Positions 1 to 7,164 of a stretch of DNA of 20,000 nucleotides are shown here, in pieces. The notes under the pieces are model-generated. The model was not told the origin of the DNA. It ran no database searches and worked only from the letters and a program-made list of their open reading frames with translations. Every line of letters begins with the position of its first letter. The first letter of the stretch is position 1. Where the stretch lies: the IMG/VR virus record IMGVR_UViG_3300021404_000009; one strand, written 5' to 3'. This DNA is from an uncultured virus (IMG/VR IMGVR_UViG_3300021404_000009) (taxonomy: Duplodnaviria > Heunggongvirae > Uroviricota > Caudoviricetes). The translations under genes were made by a program, and so were the position numbers.

Positions 1-305
1 GGCCCCGGCGTATGCCCCTCAAACTGCTTCAGATCCACCCCCTCGACCGTCGTCCGCCGGGCCTCGGCCAGCGAGGCGCGCAGTTCGTCTATGAGTCGGT
101 CCTTGTTGTTGATCGCGTTGAGTTGGGCGCAGTTGTCGTTAAAGAGCGACTCCACTTCGTCGACAAGCCGGAGGACATGGCCGCGGCATCGCCGCGCCGC
201 CTCGATCTCGTCATCCCGAGCGTGCGACCCGATCATCGCTTTCTGTGCATCGCCGATAATCGCATCTAGGTCCAGGGGCTCGGCCGGGCGGGGGTCAGGA
301 TTCAT
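1..305 (-). CDS. Phage hypothetical protein, Ead/Ea22-like coiled coil (3' end outside window)
   Basis: Hand translation from ATG at 305: MNPDPRPAEPLDLDAIIGDAQKAM...HVLRLVDEVESLF...LKQFEGHTPG(P); GGAG upstream; open to the window edge, so missing from the ORF track. Confidence 0.65.
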   Translation of the reverse strand, partial: MNPDPRPAEPLDLDAIIGDAQKAMIGSHARDDEIEAARRCRGHVLRLVDEVESLFNDNCAQLNAINNKDRLIDELRASLAEARRTTVEGVDLKQFEGHTPG

Positions 306-326
306 GGCGTGGGGGACTCCGCAGCG

Positions 327-884
327 TCAAGGATTGGCTTCAAAGAATGCCTTTGCGAAGCCGGGCGGCGTCGCACTCCGGCCGTTCTTGTCCCGGCCGC
401 TCATGCGGTGCATCTTGCTCCCCTCGGTCGGCGCCACACTGACAGCCGAGGGGCAGAGTATCGGAGTGGGCGGCGTGAAGTTTCCCCAGAGCCAGGTCCG
501 CTTCGTGTATGGGTCGCCAAAGTCGCACGGATCGAAGCGGAACTTGGGCGGCCCGAGATAATCTTTGAGGCGGCCGACCGGGTTTTCGAGAACCCACCAT
601 TCGGGGCGATAGATCGCCACGGCGCGAAGGCATGCATCAACAACCGACATCGCGGCCACAAGCCGATCCTCGCCCTTCTCGGACCACCACCGCGCCCCGC
701 TCCTGGCGAATTCCGTGCAGGGCGGCGCGGCGAGAATCCCCTGGACCGGGCAGGGCTGATGCCGCACCAGCCTTACGTCCTGGCCGCGCTGTAGATCGAT
801 CACGACGACCTCGTAGCCGGCATCAGCGTAGGGACGGCTCCAGTTTCCGGTGTAGTCGCAGAGGCTGAGGATCAAGCCCCTCAC
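327..884 (-). CDS. Short phage-type C5 DNA cytosine methyltransferase
   Basis: Motif I variant ILSLCDYTGNW, catalytic motif IV AAPPCTEF, motif VI LENPVG, motif VIII-like YTKRTWLWG; 185 aa; GTG start overlaps the upstream stop. Confidence 0.8.
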   Translation of the reverse strand: MRGLILSLCDYTGNWSRPYADAGYEVVVIDLQRGQDVRLVRHQPCPVQGILAAPPCTEFARSGARWWSEKGEDRLVAAMSVVDACLRAVAIYRPEWWVLENPVGRLKDYLGPPKFRFDPCDFGDPYTKRTWLWGNFTPPTPILCPSAVSVAPTEGSKMHRMSGRDKNGRSATPPGFAKAFFEANP

Positions 885-1258
885 GGCTTCACCTCCCCAT
901 CCCCGCCCCGCCCAACCTCCTCCGGGAATTCAGCCTTCATCGCCTTGACGACCCTCGCAAACTGCTCGTCAACCCACGCTTCGACGGCCCGCTTGACCTC
1001 TTCTTCGGTGGCTCCGTCGAAATCGCGATCCGTGAGCGTGATGTCGCTTCCTGTGCCGACACGGATGATGATCGCCGAATGGGCCGACGGACGCCTGTCG
1101 CCGATCTCGTGCAGGCCCAAGTCGGGACGAGCCGTGTTAAACACGGTGTAGTATCCGGGCCAATAGCGCGTCGAGACGCTAACGAAATCGCCGTCAAAAT
1201 CCTTTTTGCCTTGGCAATCGTCGGTCCATTCGGCAGCGTGCGTCGGGTTATCATTCAT
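881..1258 (-). CDS. Hypothetical phage protein (125 aa)
   Basis: GGAGG SD within the junction repeat precedes the ATG; stop overlaps the MTase start. Confidence 0.75.
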   Translation of the reverse strand: MNDNPTHAAEWTDDCQGKKDFDGDFVSVSTRYWPGYYTVFNTARPDLGLHEIGDRRPSAHSAIIIRVGTGSDITLTDRDFDGATEEEVKRAVEAWVDEQFARVVKAMKAEFPEEVGRGGDGEVKP

Positions 1259-1288
1259 CGGCGTTGGCCTCCGGGGATGCGACGGGCG
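1256..1288 (-). repeat. Gene-junction repeat copy A (SD plus ATG)
   Basis: CGCCCGTCGCATCCCCGGAGGCCAACGCCGATG on minus strand; 31/33 identical to 1489-1521. Confidence 0.9.
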
Positions 1289-1302
1289 ACGGCGCGTCGG
1301 GG

Positions 1303-1491
1303 TTAGGATGCATCATCATCCTCGCTCTCGTCTTCGATCAGCCCGTCATTCTCGGCCTGCATGAGCGCGGCGTCACGCACGTTGTCGCGGGCGTCGTCGA
1401 TCGAAATGCCACGGGCGCGGGCATAGAGCTTGATGGCGATCTCTAGTTGCAGGCCCACGAATCGCTTGGCGGTCATGTCATGATCGGGCAT
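1303..1491 (-). CDS. Hypothetical protein (62 aa, MPDHDMTAKRF...), acidic tail
   Basis: Start reassigned to ATG at 1491 behind GGAGG; the track's longer version overlaps the upstream gene. Confidence 0.7.
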   Translation of the reverse strand: MPDHDMTAKRFVGLQLEIAIKLYARARGISIDDARDNVRDAALMQAENDGLIEDESEDDDAS

Positions 1492-2047
1492 CAGCGTCGG
1501 CCTCCGGGGATGCGACGGGCGGAGATGGGAGGGCGACCAACAATCGATCCGCGATGGCCCCAGCAATGGCTGCGACGAACAGGAGGACAACAAACAAGTC
1601 GGCGCATGAGCCGGGATGCTCAAGATCGTCCCGCGATGGATTAGTGATACGAAGCCGTCGATCGGCGGCCAACGAGGCACGCTGGCCGGCAACCCACGCC
1701 CCGCGGCGCAACTCCGCTGCTTTCGACTTGCAGATACTCGCAGCCTCCCAGTCCTGTTCGGCCACGAGCCGCTCCGCTTGTTCGTCCCATCCAGCAATGT
1801 CCCTCCCGACCTCATCTAAGCCAGGGCGCCCAGTTTTCGTCGCCCGGATTGCCGCTTCGATCCCGACCTCGTCGGACGGGAGGAAGGTGTTGCCGTTGAC
1901 CTCGACCTGTCCTGAGCCGTACGCCCAGTTGAAGGCGTAGTGGCCGCGCGGGCAGAACGTGTGCTCCTCAACGGTGACCATTGCGCCGTGGACGTCGTCC
2001 TTATAGGACCGGCTTCTCATCGGCTCGTCGCAAATCGGGCAGTTCAT
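1478..2047 (-). CDS. Chimeric hypothetical protein: N-terminal Zn-ribbon-like region plus segments copied from genes at 14.07-14.56 kb, with a TM segment
   Basis: CPIC...CPRGH N-terminus; GWDEQA...AADRR and RITNPSRDDLEHPGSCAD..VVLLF match ORFs 14332-14559 and 14071-14310. Confidence 0.7.
   Translation of the reverse strand: MNCPICDEPMRSRSYKDDVHGAMVTVEEHTFCPRGHYAFNWAYGSGQVEVNGNTFLPSDEVGIEAAIRATKTGRPGLDEVGRDIAGWDEQAERLVAEQDWEAASICKSKAAELRRGAWVAGQRASLAADRRLRITNPSRDDLEHPGSCADLFVVLLFVAAIAGAIADRLLVALPSPPVASPEADADARS
1489..1531 (-). repeat. Gene-junction repeat copy B
   Basis: Shares 31/33 bp with 1256-1288 and 24/24 bp (1508-1531) with 2085-2108. Confidence 0.9.
1548..1792. repeat. Dispersed direct repeat, copy 1 (partner 14201-14490)
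   Basis: 1654-1766 is identical to 14352-14464 (113 bp); 1548-1653 matches 14201-14306 with 12 mismatches; 45 bp (14307-14351) is absent here. Confidence 0.95.
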
Positions 2048-2066
2048 TGCAGGCTTCCTCTCGGGG

Positions 2067-2561
2067 TCAGGAAGGAATGATCTCGGATGCGACGGGCGGA
2101 GATGGGAGAAGGTCGCGCCGGATCGTCCGTGCGATCACAAGGGCGCCATCAACGGCCGCGACCTGGACGCGATCAATCGGGTTAAACGAACCCCGATCGA
2201 GCATCATCATCTCGCGGGCTGACTCCCGCTCAATATGCGACGCGATCCTCTCGGACGCGGCCCTCAGCCGCTCAACCTCGGCCTCCGCCTGTTCCGCCCG
2301 CTCCCGCTCCCGGTCCCGCTCGGCGATTGCCGCGGTCAGGCGGGACGGAGCGACGCCGATGACGATAGGCACAAGGCTCCCGTGAGGATTGGCGTGTTCC
2401 TGTGCCAGTTCTCGCGTGAGGTAGACCGAGATTTCGTCTGAGCCGTACCCGTTCCAGTCGCCGCTGTCGGAACTCCACGCGGCCCAAATCTCATCGGGAA
2501 TCACCGGCTCATCTTGGCCCGTCCGCGGATCGGCGGCGGGCGGCGGGGCGTCATCGCTCAT
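2067..2561 (-). CDS. Hypothetical phage protein with coiled coil (AERDRERERAEQAEAEVERLR)
   Basis: ATGA-coupled to the upstream ORF; ends in the LPSPPVAS junction motif. Confidence 0.7.
   Translation of the reverse strand: MSDDAPPPAADPRTGQDEPVIPDEIWAAWSSDSGDWNGYGSDEISVYLTRELAQEHANPHGSLVPIVIGVAPSRLTAAIAERDRERERAEQAEAEVERLRAASERIASHIERESAREMMMLDRGSFNPIDRVQVAAVDGALVIARTIRRDLLPSPPVASEIIPS
2085..2108 (-). repeat. Gene-junction repeat copy C
   Basis: CTCCCATCTCCGCCCGTCGCATCC, identical to 1508-1531. Confidence 0.85.
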
Positions 2562-2782
2562 GGCTTGTGCCCCCGTGGCTTAACGCTAACCATAACCACC
2601 TCGACATCCCCGACCTTGCGCCGCAGCCCTTCGGCGAACGCCTCGGCTGACTCGCGGGATGGCCAGGCGTGGAACCGCTCGGCTGGATAATGGCCGTTGT
2701 ATAGGCCGCGACCCAGCATCCCGTCTTTGACTCGGATGGCCCATACTTCCTGGATGTCTTCCGGTCGCGTTGGCTGTCCCAT
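2558..2782 (-). CDS. Hypothetical protein (74 aa)
   Basis: GAGGGGAG SD; ATGA overlap with the next gene. Confidence 0.65.
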   Translation of the reverse strand: MGQPTRPEDIQEVWAIRVKDGMLGRGLYNGHYPAERFHAWPSRESAEAFAEGLRRKVGDVEVVMVSVKPRGHKP

Positions 2783-2796
2783 TGCTGTGCTCCCCT

Positions 2797-3285
2797 CTAA
2801 AGTGCCACAACCTCAATTATAGCCATGTCCTCATCAGCCGCCGGGTCATACTCCGTCCGATGACGCCGGCACATTTTGTCATTGATGTAAACGATCCCCT
2901 CTAGGGCATCCTCGGAACTCTTGACGATGTTGCAGATGTCCGGCATCGACGCGGCCGGCGTCAGAAGAAATTTCGCCCTGAACTCGTAAGGCCCGATATG
3001 CGGCAGGCGCCCCGCCATCGCGAGCCGGGCCGCCGCTTGGACGTGGATGCGCCACTGCTTCAGTTTTGGGCGAACCGGAGCCCCGCCGTTCTTCCCGCGG
3101 ATGGCCACAGAGAACGGAACCGGCCTAGAACGAACCACAAGGCCCGCCACGACGTCCCCGGCCGCGTAGTGCTCCCCGCATACCACCTTCTTCGCCGATC
3201 GCACCTTGCCCCCTTCCCGGCGATTATGCGCGTACTGGGCCGGAAGGCGGGTCTTGAGCACTTTGGCGGAGGGGGGGAGTTTCAT
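2797..3285 (-). CDS. rusA: RusA-family Holliday junction resolvase (divergent)
   Basis: PDICNIVKSSEDALEGIVYINDK resembles the RusA DxDNxxKxxxDAL...DD motif; typical position downstream of replication genes. Confidence 0.75.
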   Translation of the reverse strand: MKLPPSAKVLKTRLPAQYAHNRREGGKVRSAKKVVCGEHYAAGDVVAGLVVRSRPVPFSVAIRGKNGGAPVRPKLKQWRIHVQAAARLAMAGRLPHIGPYEFRAKFLLTPAASMPDICNIVKSSEDALEGIVYINDKMCRRHRTEYDPAADEDMAIIEVVAL

Positions 3286-3551
3286 GAAAGGATCTCTTCG
3301 AGGGCGGCGCGGATCTTCGTGGTCGTGTCGTCGTTGGTGGACAGCGAATAGATCAGGCGCAGGAGGGTGGCAGCGTCTTCGGCGATCACGGCGAAAAGCG
3401 CGGACTCGACAGAATCAAACCGTATCGACGTGGCCTGGTGGACCATCGTCGCGATCCCCTTAAACCTATCCACAATCATCGCCCTCACGGCGGCTGCGTG
3501 GCCATCGACGGGCATGGGTGGCGCTTCGGCTGGGCAGGTGGCAGTCGTCAT
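3282..3551 (-). CDS. Hypothetical protein (89 aa)
   Basis: ATGA-coupled on both sides. Confidence 0.65.
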   Translation of the reverse strand: MTTATCPAEAPPMPVDGHAAAVRAMIVDRFKGIATMVHQATSIRFDSVESALFAVIAEDAATLLRLIYSLSTNDDTTTKIRAALEEILS

Positions 3552-3901
3552 CGGCTTGGCCTCTCATGCCAGGGGACTTCGGAGCCGAGGGGGACTTCGG
3601 CGAAAGAGTCGTGCGTCACGATGGCGATCCAGCACTGACGGGCGTGGTCCCATTCGGTCTCGCCGGAGGCCAGCCCGATTCCCTCCAAGCCGAGACCATC
3701 GAACGCGGCGCAACGTTTATCCCAGTCGCCGACGTTGCACATCTCGGCTAGTTCGTCCTTCGTCAGCAGCACCCGCCGCAGCCGACCGACAGAAGGGGCG
3801 GCGCGGCCGTCAACGGGAGCGGGTGGGGCTTCAACCGCTCCGCCGGTCCATGTGGCAGGGTCGGATGCGGACTTCATGGCAGTCTTGGTCATGGTGGTCA
3901 T
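3548..3901 (-). CDS. Hypothetical protein (117 aa, MTTMTKTAMK...)
   Basis: Start reassigned to the ATG overlapping the upstream stop (ATGA at 3898-3901). Confidence 0.65.
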   Translation of the reverse strand: MTTMTKTAMKSASDPATWTGGAVEAPPAPVDGRAAPSVGRLRRVLLTKDELAEMCNVGDWDKRCAAFDGLGLEGIGLASGETEWDHARQCWIAIVTHDSFAEVPLGSEVPWHERPSR

Positions 3902-4158
3902 CGATTTGGCCCTCGCTTCTCGGATTCGGCACGGAGGCGGTCGACGCGGGCGACAAGTTCGCCGGACGTGAGTTCCCACAGGGCAGCAATCGCGGCTTCT
4001 TCAGTCGCATAGACGCCAGCCCTCGTGAGGCCAACGCCCGCGCTCCAGTAGCCGTCGCCCCCTTGCGTCGTCTTTACGGTCCCCATTGCGGCCAGCCCCA
4101 TGCGGATGGCCAGGAGGGTCAAGGGCTCCGGGGGTTCGCCGTTCGATTCAGCGGGCAT
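3898..4158 (-). CDS. Hypothetical protein (86 aa, MPAESNGEPP...)
   Basis: GAGGAAG SD before ATG at 4158; coupled to the next gene. Confidence 0.6.
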   Translation of the reverse strand: MPAESNGEPPEPLTLLAIRMGLAAMGTVKTTQGGDGYWSAGVGLTRAGVYATEEAAIAALWELTSGELVARVDRLRAESEKRGPNR

Positions 4159-4858
4159 TCGTCTTCCTCGCGTTGTTGTCGCTTCGCATCCCCATGACGT
4201 AACCGACAACCGGCGACGCGCCGTCGTCGCCGTCCTCCACGATCAGGGCCGGATTTTGATTGGCAAGCGGCCCAATCTTCACCGGCAGATACAGACACGC
4301 CCCGTAGTACTCGACCAGCCCAAGATAAAAGGCGGCGATAGTGAACGTCGGACTGAGCTTGACGCCGATGCCATTGCGGACGATCCGCATGCCTTCGCAG
4401 GAGTCACACTGGTAGCTCACGGCCACGAGATCGTCGACCAGCTCGCCGAAACCGAGACATTCCGAACACGCGATAAACGGCGCGGGACGATCCGCACGCG
4501 ACGGGATCGACACGGGCTCGCGGTGGTGGACGATCGAATCGTTGATCCGGTAAAGCTCGTCGCCCAGAGGCGTCTTCCCTCGGCCCTTCCTCGCCCTATC
4601 GATCCGGGCCGCCCGGTCGCCCTTGGCTGGCGTCCTCACGATAATTTTGCCATCCGTTGCGTAGGCGTAATCGCCCTCTCGCCACGGCAGGGCCAGGTCG
4701 TACCGAGACTGCTCGCTGTCCACGCACGCCTTGAAGATCGGAGGCAGGAGATCAAGGACACGCTCAACCCCGAAACTGGCGTCAAGCATCCGCTCGACAG
4801 CCTCCCCCTCGGTGACCTCTTCACCAGTCAGCCCGTCGTGAATCGTCGTCTCGCTCAT
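4148..4858 (-). CDS. Beta-clamp (DnaN)-domain-like protein with inserted CxxCxG...CxxCxG zinc finger
   Basis: CVDSEQSRYDL...YAYATDGKII resembles DnaN STDETRYYL...VATDGHRL; C-terminal GYVMGMR resembles DnaN YVVMPMR; CSECLG/CDSCEG; GAGGAG SD. Confidence 0.5.
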   Translation of the reverse strand: MSETTIHDGLTGEEVTEGEAVERMLDASFGVERVLDLLPPIFKACVDSEQSRYDLALPWREGDYAYATDGKIIVRTPAKGDRAARIDRARKGRGKTPLGDELYRINDSIVHHREPVSIPSRADRPAPFIACSECLGFGELVDDLVAVSYQCDSCEGMRIVRNGIGVKLSPTFTIAAFYLGLVEYYGACLYLPVKIGPLANQNPALIVEDGDDGASPVVGYVMGMRSDNNARKTNAR

Positions 4859-4915
4859 TCGCTGGTCTCCTCTCAGCCCGGCCGCGGTCGGCGGCGAAGG
4901 GCAGTTGTGAACATT

Positions 4916-5199
4916 CTACGCACTCTTCCGCCGTTCGACTTTCTCAGCCTGCACCCGCAACTCCCGCAGCGTCCGCTCGATATCCGCAACGCTCACGACT
5001 AGCGATTCGTCGTCGAGCCACGCCGGCACTCGTCCAGGCTTGCCATCTGCGCTTCCGCCCGCTCGGCCTCCCTGACTAACTGGCGTGCGAGTTCCCTTGC
5101 GGATGCCGGTGGAAGAGTTAGGGACATATCCCGAAGGATGCCGACGATCACGACCATCGTTTGGTCGGGGGTTAGTGTAACGCTGGGGCATGGGATCAC
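4916..5199 (-). CDS. Hypothetical protein(s): two overlapping frames, possibly one frameshifted gene
   Basis: Frame 4999-5199 looks coding to ...MASLDECR; the other frame continues AWLDDESLVVSVADIERTLRELR to the stop at 4916. Confidence 0.45.
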
Positions 5200-5203
5200 C
5201 TTG

Positions 5204-5560
5204 TCACCTCTGTTCCGCGATCAACTGGCCGAGACGCTTCGCGGCCTGTCTTGGACTGCGCTTCCGCCCGAATCCGTCAAACTCGATCGCCCGATGATGC
5301 CCCGCGCAAACGGACGCAAGTTGCTTCGGGTCGGTTCCGTCTAACGCTGCTTTCGTGTAGCTCATGTGGTGAACCTGTTCGGCTGGGGATTCACACACGA
5401 CACATGATTCATTGATCCGAAGATGCTCGGCCCGGAGTGCCCGCCAGAACATCGAAGACAGGTAGGCTTTGTAGGATGGGAATCCTAGTGAGCGGATAAG
5501 CTTGTCCCGCTCTCGGTAGTGCTTTCGGACGTCTTCGGGCGTTCCGAGCTTGGGGCGCAT
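5204..5560 (-). CDS. HNH endonuclease
   Basis: YLSSMFWRALR...CVVC...EQVHHMSY...LASVCAGHHRAIE, a phage Zn-binding HNH pattern. Confidence 0.8.
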   Translation of the reverse strand: MRPKLGTPEDVRKHYRERDKLIRSLGFPSYKAYLSSMFWRALRAEHLRINESCVVCESPAEQVHHMSYTKAALDGTDPKQLASVCAGHHRAIEFDGFGRKRSPRQAAKRLGQLIAEQR

Positions 5561-5562
5561 CT

Positions 5563-5796
5563 CTAGTTCCTTTGGGCGAGTTCGCGCAGGTCAGCCTTGA
5601 CGTCTTCGATAAATTGGTCGGTCTCGGTTTGCTCGCGGGCGATCGACAATTTGCACTCGACTCCCGCGTGGTTCGCCAGGATCGCAAGCCTTGCAAGCCC
5701 GAATCGAATCGTATCGCCTGGGTCGGCGGCGGGGTGTGCCCCCAGCCGTTCTAGCTCCATTCCGAACCTGATGAGTGACGCGCGAATCTGGTCCAT
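5563..5796 (-). CDS. Hypothetical protein (77 aa)
   Basis: GAGAGGA SD; tightly packed in the operon. Confidence 0.65.
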   Translation of the reverse strand: MDQIRASLIRFGMELERLGAHPAADPGDTIRFGLARLAILANHAGVECKLSIAREQTETDQFIEDVKADLRELAQRN

Positions 5797-5805
5797 CGGT
5801 TCCTC

Positions 5806-7164
5806 TCAAAAAGGGTGGTCGTCCCGGCCTTCGGGCGGTGTCTCTGGACTGAACGGCAGGAACTTGCCGCTGTCCTTGCGGAAGAACAACTCGATAACTC
5901 CCGTGGGACCGTTGCGGTTCTTCGCCAGGTTCAGCTCGACGTACCCGGGTCGGTCCATCGGGTCGTAATAGTCGGGGCGATACATGAGCAACACGATATC
6001 CGCGTCCTGCTCGATCGCTCCCGACTCCCTCAAATCCGACATTCGGGGCCGCTTGTCCTCGCGGTTCTCCACACCACGATTGAGCTGCGAAAGCAGTACG
6101 ACCGGGACGTCAAGGTTGGTGGCCAGGTTCTTGAGCCTTCGCGTGATCTTGGCGATCTGCTCTTGCCGGCTCCGGTCATCCTCCCCCTTGCTGTTCCCAC
6201 TCTCGACCAGCGTCAGGTAGTCCACGATCACCACGCCGATGTTCCGGCTCATCTTCATCCGCCGGGCTGTGGACGTGATCTGGTCGACGTTCCGCGGCGC
6301 CCGGTCATCGATGTAGATCGGAGCCCCAGACAGCTCAAAGGCGGCGCGCCTGACCTTGGATTCGTCTTTGTGGTCGAGCGTCGCGGAGCGGAATTGGTGC
6401 CCGTCGATCTGCGCCCGCGCGGTGATGAGGCGGTCAGAGAGCGACTTCGCTCCCATCTCCAGGCTTGTCAGGAACGCGGCGGTTGGCTCCCCGGCGGTTG
6501 TGACGTTCTCCAGGATGTTCAACGCCAGCGCGGTCTTCCCAGCACTGGGGCGCGCCGCGACGATGACGAGTTCGCCCCCTTTCATCCCGGTGATCTTGTC
6601 GTCCAGGGCGGAGATACCCGTCATCAACCCGAAGCCTTCGCCTTGCTTCCTCGCCTCATACCGAGTCAGCGAATCCGCGACCAATTCCTTGATGTCGTGG
6701 ATGTCCCCGGCCTGCCCCTGGCTGAGCGCGGAGATCCCACGCTCTGCGTTGCTCAGTAGTTCGTCGGCCGTGAAGTTGTTTGAGTAGCAGTCGCGGAGCC
6801 CCTGGTTGTGGTACTCGACCAGATCCCGGGCGATCGACTTTTCCAGGACGATCTGGGCGTAGTAGTTCGAGTTCGCCGAGTGAGGCACACTCCCTAATGC
6901 GTCCAGGATCGCGTCCAACCCTCCGGCCTTGGCAAGCTCTCCGGTGCGCCGTAATTCATCCTCGATGATGATGCTGTCGATCGGCTTGGAGAGGCAGTAG
7001 AGATCCCGGATGACCCGCCAGAGAATCTGGTGGGTGTCCCGGTAGAAATGCTCCGGCCTCAAGAGAGGCACGATCTCGTGCAAGACCTCGTTGTCGAGGA
7101 TGGCGCCGCCGATGACGCCCTTCTCCGCATCAAGATTCTGGGGCGGGAGCCTGTCGGGGATCAT
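5806..7164 (-). CDS. dnaB: Replicative DNA helicase DnaB (phage-encoded)
   Basis: PPQNLDAEKGVIG N-terminus, Walker A AARPSAGKT, SLEM, VIVDYL, LSQLNR, DLRESGAIEQDAD, AKNRNGPTG. Confidence 0.97.
   Translation of the reverse strand: MIPDRLPPQNLDAEKGVIGGAILDNEVLHEIVPLLRPEHFYRDTHQILWRVIRDLYCLSKPIDSIIIEDELRRTGELAKAGGLDAILDALGSVPHSANSNYYAQIVLEKSIARDLVEYHNQGLRDCYSNNFTADELLSNAERGISALSQGQAGDIHDIKELVADSLTRYEARKQGEGFGLMTGISALDDKITGMKGGELVIVAARPSAGKTALALNILENVTTAGEPTAAFLTSLEMGAKSLSDRLITARAQIDGHQFRSATLDHKDESKVRRAAFELSGAPIYIDDRAPRNVDQITSTARRMKMSRNIGVVIVDYLTLVESGNSKGEDDRSRQEQIAKITRRLKNLATNLDVPVVLLSQLNRGVENREDKRPRMSDLRESGAIEQDADIVLLMYRPDYYDPMDRPGYVELNLAKNRNGPTGVIELFFRKDSGKFLPFSPETPPEGRDDHPF

Noticed and set aside
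5806..7164. dnaB as a host chromosomal gene or intein carrier
   Set aside because: It is coupled to a phage initiator and has normal length (452 aa) with no insertion
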